DNA of 20,000 nucleotides from an uncultured virus (IMG/VR IMGVR_UViG_3300037419_001565) (Duplodnaviria > Heunggongvirae > Uroviricota > Caudoviricetes), in the IMG/VR virus record IMGVR_UViG_3300037419_001565. One strand, 5' to 3'. The translations under genes were made by a program, and so were the position numbers. Positions 15,647-20,000 of the stretch are shown one piece after another. How positions within the stretch are numbered: position 1 is the stretch's first letter; the number at the start of each line of letters is the position of its first letter. The notes under the pieces were generated by a model that did no database searches, was not told the DNA's origin, and was given only the letters and a program-made list of their open reading frames with translations.

Positions 15647-15874
15647 ATGACGCTACTCAGCGAATTAGCGGCTAAACATCAAGCAGAAAGAGTCGCTTGC
15701 GGTTTCGATGACGAGGACTTAACAGGCTGGTTTCTGGCCTTCGGGCGAGAGCTGCTGATGAAGATGGCGGAGGAAGCGGAAAGATTCGACGACTGCGGAG
15801 AGTGCGAGCAAGGGTTAGAAGTCGCCCGCCGTCTGCGGGAGCTTGCTTCGGCAGGGGAGGGGAAGAATGGCTAA
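15647..15874 (+). CDS. Hypothetical protein
   Basis: 75 aa, AGGAG RBS. Confidence 0.65.
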   Translation: MTLLSELAAKHQAERVACGFDDEDLTGWFLAFGRELLMKMAEEAERFDDCGECEQGLEVARRLRELASAGEGKNG

Positions 15875-16112
15875 ACGTGAAGGACCAGTAGTGGAGGTCA
15901 GGCGGTCATGTTTCGACTGCAAGTATGAGCGCAGCAAGCCTTATCGCTGCCAAGGCGATTCTGGCATGGATGTCTATTGCTCACATCCATCGTTTGGAAC
16001 GCCAAAGACTATCGGGGATACAACGTGGGTAACTCCCGATTGGTGCCCGTTTTTAACGCCATCACCGACTCAAGCCCCGCAATCGGAACAGGTGAGCAAG
16101 GAGCAGCGATGA
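15867..16112 (+). CDS. Cys-rich hypothetical phage protein
   Basis: ATG 15867 after GGAGG; CFDC...YCSH...TPDWCP. Confidence 0.7.
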   Translation: MAKREGPVVEVRRSCFDCKYERSKPYRCQGDSGMDVYCSHPSFGTPKTIGDTTWVTPDWCPFLTPSPTQAPQSEQVSKEQR

Positions 16113-16564
16113 AACCAAGCTTTATTGGATTGTTAGCAATGACACTGTGCCTGAATGCTTGCGCTCAGACGAAGCCTAAGGCTGCGCAGAAAACAGAAAA
16201 GCCTCAGTGTACTTACGATGGCACGACATTCGGCGTTAGCGGCGGCGGTTGGGACACGAGCATTATCTCCTGCATCAACGGCAAATGGACCGTCGATGAG
16301 GCCGCTACCAAAGCGATGCATGAACGCGAGGAGAAAGAGCGGAAGCACAGGCACGACCTTTACTGGGCGTTACGAACTCGGGTTTTGACTCCGCAAGAGA
16401 TGAAGGAAGTCGAGCAATACGACTATTACCTTGTCGTGAATGAAATTGCGGGGTATTCGCAAGAAGAAAAACTGAAAGAGTTTAACGACGCCTTGTTGCA
16501 GCAATTCAAGTTGCAAGCCGCTTCTGCGAATAAGTCATCTTGCGATCCCAAGGAGCAGCGATGA
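16109..16564 (+). CDS. Putative lipoprotein/exported protein
   Basis: ATG 16109 after AAGGAG; MKPSFIGLLAMTLCLNA-C lipobox-like. Confidence 0.65.
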   Translation: MKPSFIGLLAMTLCLNACAQTKPKAAQKTEKPQCTYDGTTFGVSGGGWDTSIISCINGKWTVDEAATKAMHEREEKERKHRHDLYWALRTRVLTPQEMKEVEQYDYYLVVNEIAGYSQEEKLKEFNDALLQQFKLQAASANKSSCDPKEQR

Positions 16565-16815
16565 GCGATTTCGGCGAAGGAAAATTCGTAATTGGTCGCA
16601 AAGACCATATGTGCATCGGATGCATGGGCAAGATTGCCAAAGGGGAACGCCACTATCACTACACCGGAGTCTGGGAAGGCGATTGGCAGAACTGGCGGCT
16701 TCATACGAGGTGCGAAGAAATCTCCCGCACGATGGACTTGTCCGATGGATTCGTAGGTGGATTTCTAAACGATGAACTTACGGAACAACAGAAGGCCGCC
16801 GGGAGCCGCGCATGA
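16561..16815 (+). CDS. Zinc-finger-like phage protein
   Basis: RKDHMCIGCMGKIAKGE...HTRC. Confidence 0.7.
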   Translation: MSDFGEGKFVIGRKDHMCIGCMGKIAKGERHYHYTGVWEGDWQNWRLHTRCEEISRTMDLSDGFVGGFLNDELTEQQKAAGSRA

Positions 16816-17591
16816 CCGCTAACCGATGGGCGTCGAAAGCCGCCGATGAAATCTTTTCCCTGTTTAAGAACGCTAGCTATTTCTCGACTCGGAACGCCGA
16901 GCATCGCGCACAGATGTTGGAAGGTTGGGCGCAAATTATCGAGCGAAACGCGGCGGACGCAGACAAGCAGGAGCAGCCGAGCGAACTGCCAGCCGATGGT
17001 TGTATCTGTCGCGGAAATTGGAGAGAAATCGTCGCCGAAACCGAAACCATGATTGGTAAAGAATTTGTGAATGAACACGATGAGCGGTTCAGGCTGTTCG
17101 GAATTGTCCATGCCGATGACGACTATTACTACGGAATGCACGGCGAATCTGGGATGCGGCTGCTGTCGTGCGTCGGAAACATTGAAAGTTTTGGTTATCG
17201 TCTCGTCGCCCCATCCGTCGTGGAGGCCGCGCCCGCCATTGAAGTTATTGAAGCGGCAATGGATGAGAGTGATGACTTGGCTGAGGAACTTCGTCACCTC
17301 AAGGCGCTGATGGACAAGCTGGTAAGGGCTGTTCGCTTTGAGGAATCAAAGGGAACAATTTCGCTGTGCCAAGACGCTATTTGGCTGTTGGATGACTGCG
17401 AAAAGGCCGCCGCCCCGCAATCGGCGCAGCCGACGCAGCAGGTCGCACACTTCTGTCACAAGTGCGGAGGCGAGATTACCCGCTACCCATCGCCACCTAA
17501 GTGCAGCAAGTGCGGTCACGTTGCAAGCATCAAGGAAATTCTGGCCGCCGAGCGGAGCACGGGCAGCCCAGCAGCGGAGGAGAGGAAATGA
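16812..17591 (+). CDS. Mosaic hypothetical protein with C-terminal zinc ribbon
   Basis: 259 aa; CICRGNWR...DDDYYY and CHKCG...CSKCG. Confidence 0.75.
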   Translation: MTANRWASKAADEIFSLFKNASYFSTRNAEHRAQMLEGWAQIIERNAADADKQEQPSELPADGCICRGNWREIVAETETMIGKEFVNEHDERFRLFGIVHADDDYYYGMHGESGMRLLSCVGNIESFGYRLVAPSVVEAAPAIEVIEAAMDESDDLAEELRHLKALMDKLVRAVRFEESKGTISLCQDAIWLLDDCEKAAAPQSAQPTQQVAHFCHKCGGEITRYPSPPKCSKCGHVASIKEILAAERSTGSPAAEERK

Positions 17592-17773
17592 GCATTCGCG
17601 ATTGGCTTTTCTGTCACTTTCACAACATCTGCTACAGGCATCGAGTGGACAAGATTCTAACCATGAGCGTCGGAGGGAATCTCTACTTCTATTGCCCAAC
17701 GTGCAGAGAAGAACGCCAGAAGAAGTATGCAGAGCGTCGGAAATGTTTGGGAGTAAATCATGCCGAAATGTGA
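17588..17773 (+). CDS. Small Cys/His-rich protein
   Basis: ATGA overlap; CHFHNICYRH...CPTC. Confidence 0.6.
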   Translation: MSIRDWLFCHFHNICYRHRVDKILTMSVGGNLYFYCPTCREERQKKYAERRKCLGVNHAEM

Positions 17774-17948
17774 TTGCGGAAAGTACGACCTATTGAGCAT
17801 CTTCAGCGAGAAGCAAGACGGGAACATCGTGCATAGATGGCTCGCTGGATGCTCGTCGCAGCGAAGCGAGACGACGGAAGACCAAGACTCGGAACACTCA
17901 GCAGGAGAGCGCGGGCGCACCGAGGAGGGCAGCAATGGACGCAAGTAA
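17760..17948 (+). CDS. Small hypothetical protein
   Basis: GGAG RBS; CDCG...H...C. Confidence 0.55.
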   Translation: MPKCDCGKYDLLSIFSEKQDGNIVHRWLAGCSSQRSETTEDQDSEHSAGERGRTEEGSNGRK

Positions 17949-18330
17949 GCGCGAAGAAAACAGGCCGGGAAGTCCTAGTCACGCCGAGAAATATCTTCGC
18001 GGGTATCTAGGCGGGTCAATCAAGCTGCGCGACGACCAGATTCTGCCGCTCACCCTCTGCTTGGTGCAGTATGGCGCGACATGCGCGGTTGCCGCTTACA
18101 AAGATTCCGAGCGTGTGATGGCCGAGAAGGTGGACGAAATCATTTCCTTTCGCCGCGACCCGAACAATGGTGCAGGACTGTGGGCGGTCTTCGTGAACGA
18201 ACACCCGATTCATCATTTCCGCGCCGATCAAAACGTCACCGCCTACATGGAGAAACTGGCGGCGAACATGAAGGCAAAGCTGAAAATCTACGACGAAGAG
18301 GAGCGGGAGGGCAGCAATGGACGCGACTAA
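17935..18330 (+). CDS. Hypothetical protein
   Basis: 131 aa, GGAGG RBS; flanked by 19-bp direct repeats. Confidence 0.7.
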   Translation: MDASKREENRPGSPSHAEKYLRGYLGGSIKLRDDQILPLTLCLVQYGATCAVAAYKDSERVMAEKVDEIISFRRDPNNGAGLWAVFVNEHPIHHFRADQNVTAYMEKLAANMKAKLKIYDEEEREGSNGRD

Positions 18331-18724
18331 GACGCAGCAGCCGGAAATGACGATTGAACGCGCACAGGAGTTAATCGAGAGCGACCTGTGGCCTAGACAA
18401 GCGGAACTTCTGCTCAGGGCATCGAGGGCTGCGCTGCGCTCGCTATCCCGTGTACGGGCAGAGAGGGATTTCCAAGCAGAAGAAGCACAACGTGCAAATG
18501 ATGCCCTTGAATACCACCAGCGCATGGAAGCCGCTTACAAAGACTCGTGGCAACAAGCATCCACCCGCGTTGAGGCTGCTGAATCGGCGTTAGCCGAAGC
18601 AAATCGCCGCCTTGCGGAAATCGAAATCATTTCAGGATCGGCGACATGCGACGGCATGGATTGGGCCGTGAAGCGAATCTACGAGTTGGCGGGCGGGGCA
18701 GGCGAGGGCGGAGATCCTAAATGA
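18317..18724 (+). CDS. Coiled-coil hypothetical protein
   Basis: 135 aa, Ala/Glu/Arg-rich helical. Confidence 0.7.
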   Translation: MDATKTQQPEMTIERAQELIESDLWPRQAELLLRASRAALRSLSRVRAERDFQAEEAQRANDALEYHQRMEAAYKDSWQQASTRVEAAESALAEANRRLAEIEIISGSATCDGMDWAVKRIYELAGGAGEGGDPK

Positions 18725-18792
18725 AACGCCGTTGGTTCACGATCCATGAACTCGACGTGGTTGAGAGAGCAGCAGCCGAAGTAATCCCATAA
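18721..18792 (+). CDS. Possible 23-aa peptide
   Basis: ATGA overlap, GGAG RBS; MKRRWFTIHELDVVERAAAEVIP. Confidence 0.35.
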   Translation: MKRRWFTIHELDVVERAAAEVIP

Positions 18793-18815
18793 CTGAAAGG
18801 TTTTGAGGGAGATGA
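18793..18815 (+). repeat. Dispersed motif copy 11
   Basis: CTGAAAGG-TTTTGA-GGGAGATGA. Confidence 0.92.
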
Positions 18816-18834
18816 TTTCCACAACCTCTCCCCA

Positions 18835-18863
18835 TTGACAAACCCCTTTCGCCGTCTTAAAAG
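18835..18863 (+). promoter_or_regulatory. Possible sigma70-type promoter
   Basis: TTGACA-17 nt-TAAAAG upstream of the ATPase RBS. Confidence 0.5.
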
Positions 18864-18887
18864 AGAAAATAACGGGGAGGATAAAAG

Positions 18888-20000
18888 ATGAAGCTTGACA
18901 GCAATCGTAGCAGCTTGAAGGTGCAGAAGTTTGAGGAGGGACTGAGATCCCGAATCATCGGTCAGCCACAGGTCGTGAAAGAGTTGACCGATATCTTCAA
19001 GCTCTCGACCGCTGGGTTGCAGTCGGGGACAAAGCCGCTCGGAAATCTCCTCCTTCTCGGACCGACTGGCGTCGGCAAGTCCTCGTCAGTCGAAGCGATG
19101 GCTCAGGTGCTTTACGACAATCCCTTCGCGATGCTCAAGGTCGATTGCGCGGAGTTTCAACACGGACACGAGATTGCCAAGCTCATCGGCTCGCCTCCTG
19201 GCTATCTCGGCCACAGAGAGACCCACCCGTTCTTCACCCAGGAAACCCTCGACTTCTATCACAACGCCCATCACCAAATTTCGCTTGTTTTGTTTGATGA
19301 GATCGAGAAGGCGAGTGACACCCTTTGGAAGCTCCTCTTAGGAATTCTCGACAAAGCGGTTCTCACGCTGGGAGATAACCGGAGAGTGAACTTCAATCGC
19401 TCCCTGATCTTCATGACTTCGAATCTCGGCGCTCGGGAGATGGGTGAACTCGTAGCGAGCCATCTTGGGTTTGCGCCGGTCAAAGCTGCAGGAGAGGTTG
19501 AGAGGAAGATTGACACGGTCGCTCTGAACGCCGCGAAGCGGAAGTTCTCCCCCGAGTTCATGAACAGGATCGACAAAAGCATCGTGTTCCATCCACTCAA
19601 GCCCGAGCACCTGGAGAAGATCCTCGACATCGAACTTGGGAATCTGCAGAACCGAATTTTCAAAGCCGCAGGGACGAACGACAAGCCGTTTGTGTTCACG
19701 GTCTCAGCAGAAGTGAAGCGTCAACTTCTGGAGGAGGGGTTTGACCAAAAGAGCGGGGCGAGGGAACTCAAGAGAGTCCTTGAGCGCCGGTTGATGATGC
19801 CCTTTGCAAACCTCCTCGCGACCGAGCAACTTTCGCTGGGGGATCTGGTGAAGGTCGAGATGGGAACCGAGGGCGAGTTCGAGTTCGACCACGAGCGGGA
19901 GGGCGCGATGATGCCGATCCTCAAAGAACTCAAGGACAATCCGAAGAAGTTTCAGATCGAGGGCTTCGATGAGCTTTCTCCGCGCCTTCACGCTGTTAGC
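18888..20000 (+). CDS. Stand-alone ClpA/ClpB NBD2-type AAA+ ATPase (partial, runs off window end)
   Basis: Not in the ORF track. GGAGG RBS and ATG 18888; open for 371 codons. IIGQ, Walker A GPTGVGKS, pore loop LIGSPPGYLG, Walker B LVLFDEIEKA, sensor-1 MTSN, PEFMNRID, sensor-2 GARELKR. Confidence 0.93.
   Translation, partial: MKLDSNRSSLKVQKFEEGLRSRIIGQPQVVKELTDIFKLSTAGLQSGTKPLGNLLLLGPTGVGKSSSVEAMAQVLYDNPFAMLKVDCAEFQHGHEIAKLIGSPPGYLGHRETHPFFTQETLDFYHNAHHQISLVLFDEIEKASDTLWKLLLGILDKAVLTLGDNRRVNFNRSLIFMTSNLGAREMGELVASHLGFAPVKAAGEVERKIDTVALNAAKRKFSPEFMNRIDKSIVFHPLKPEHLEKILDIELGNLQNRIFKAAGTNDKPFVFTVSAEVKRQLLEEGFDQKSGARELKRVLERRLMMPFANLLATEQLSLGDLVKVEMGTEGEFEFDHEREGAMMPILKELKDNPKKFQIEGFDELSPRLHAVS

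Noticed and set aside
17181..17194. ATTGAAAGTTTTGG, partial match to the dispersed motif
   Set aside because: Lacks the GGGAGATG box and sits mid-CDS; likely chance.
2707..18815. Dispersed motif as CRISPR repeats (contains ATTGAAAG, like many type I/III repeat ends)
   Set aside because: Copies are 200 to 3200 bp apart, in both orientations, with no regular spacers and no cas genes. Conservation extends downstream of ATTGAAAG rather than upstream.
19086..19991. Minus-strand ORFs near the window end
   Set aside because: Shadows of the plus-strand Clp-type ATPase.

Overview
This window is a segment of a tailed dsDNA phage or prophage with two divergent arms. The likely host is Acidobacteriota, inferred from a stand-alone ClpB-NBD2-type ATPase. 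The left arm (1-7900, minus strand) is late/morphogenesis: HNH nuclease, probable small terminase, large terminase, small virion-type proteins, a holin-like protein, and two fibre/adhesin-like proteins with Sec signal peptides. An AT-rich divergence region (7910-8300) carries IHF-like sites. The right arm (8336-20000, plus strand) has about 30 small, mostly translationally coupled accessory genes, two ribbon-helix-helix regulators flanking a TACCGAAA repeat array, and the Clp-type ATPase running off the end. The main non-coding signals are: (1) 11 dispersed copies of a bipartite motif, (TTGAGAT)KGAAAGG-T-rich N5-7-GGGAGATG, nearly all directly after stop codons, with two inverted pairs bracketing ~260-bp single-gene cassettes; (2) four copies of an ECF-sigma-like promoter GTGAAGTC-N17-GTCTAAYTA; (3) direct repeats at RBS/start junctions flanking single accessory genes. 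All calls come from manual reading; no database searches were run.
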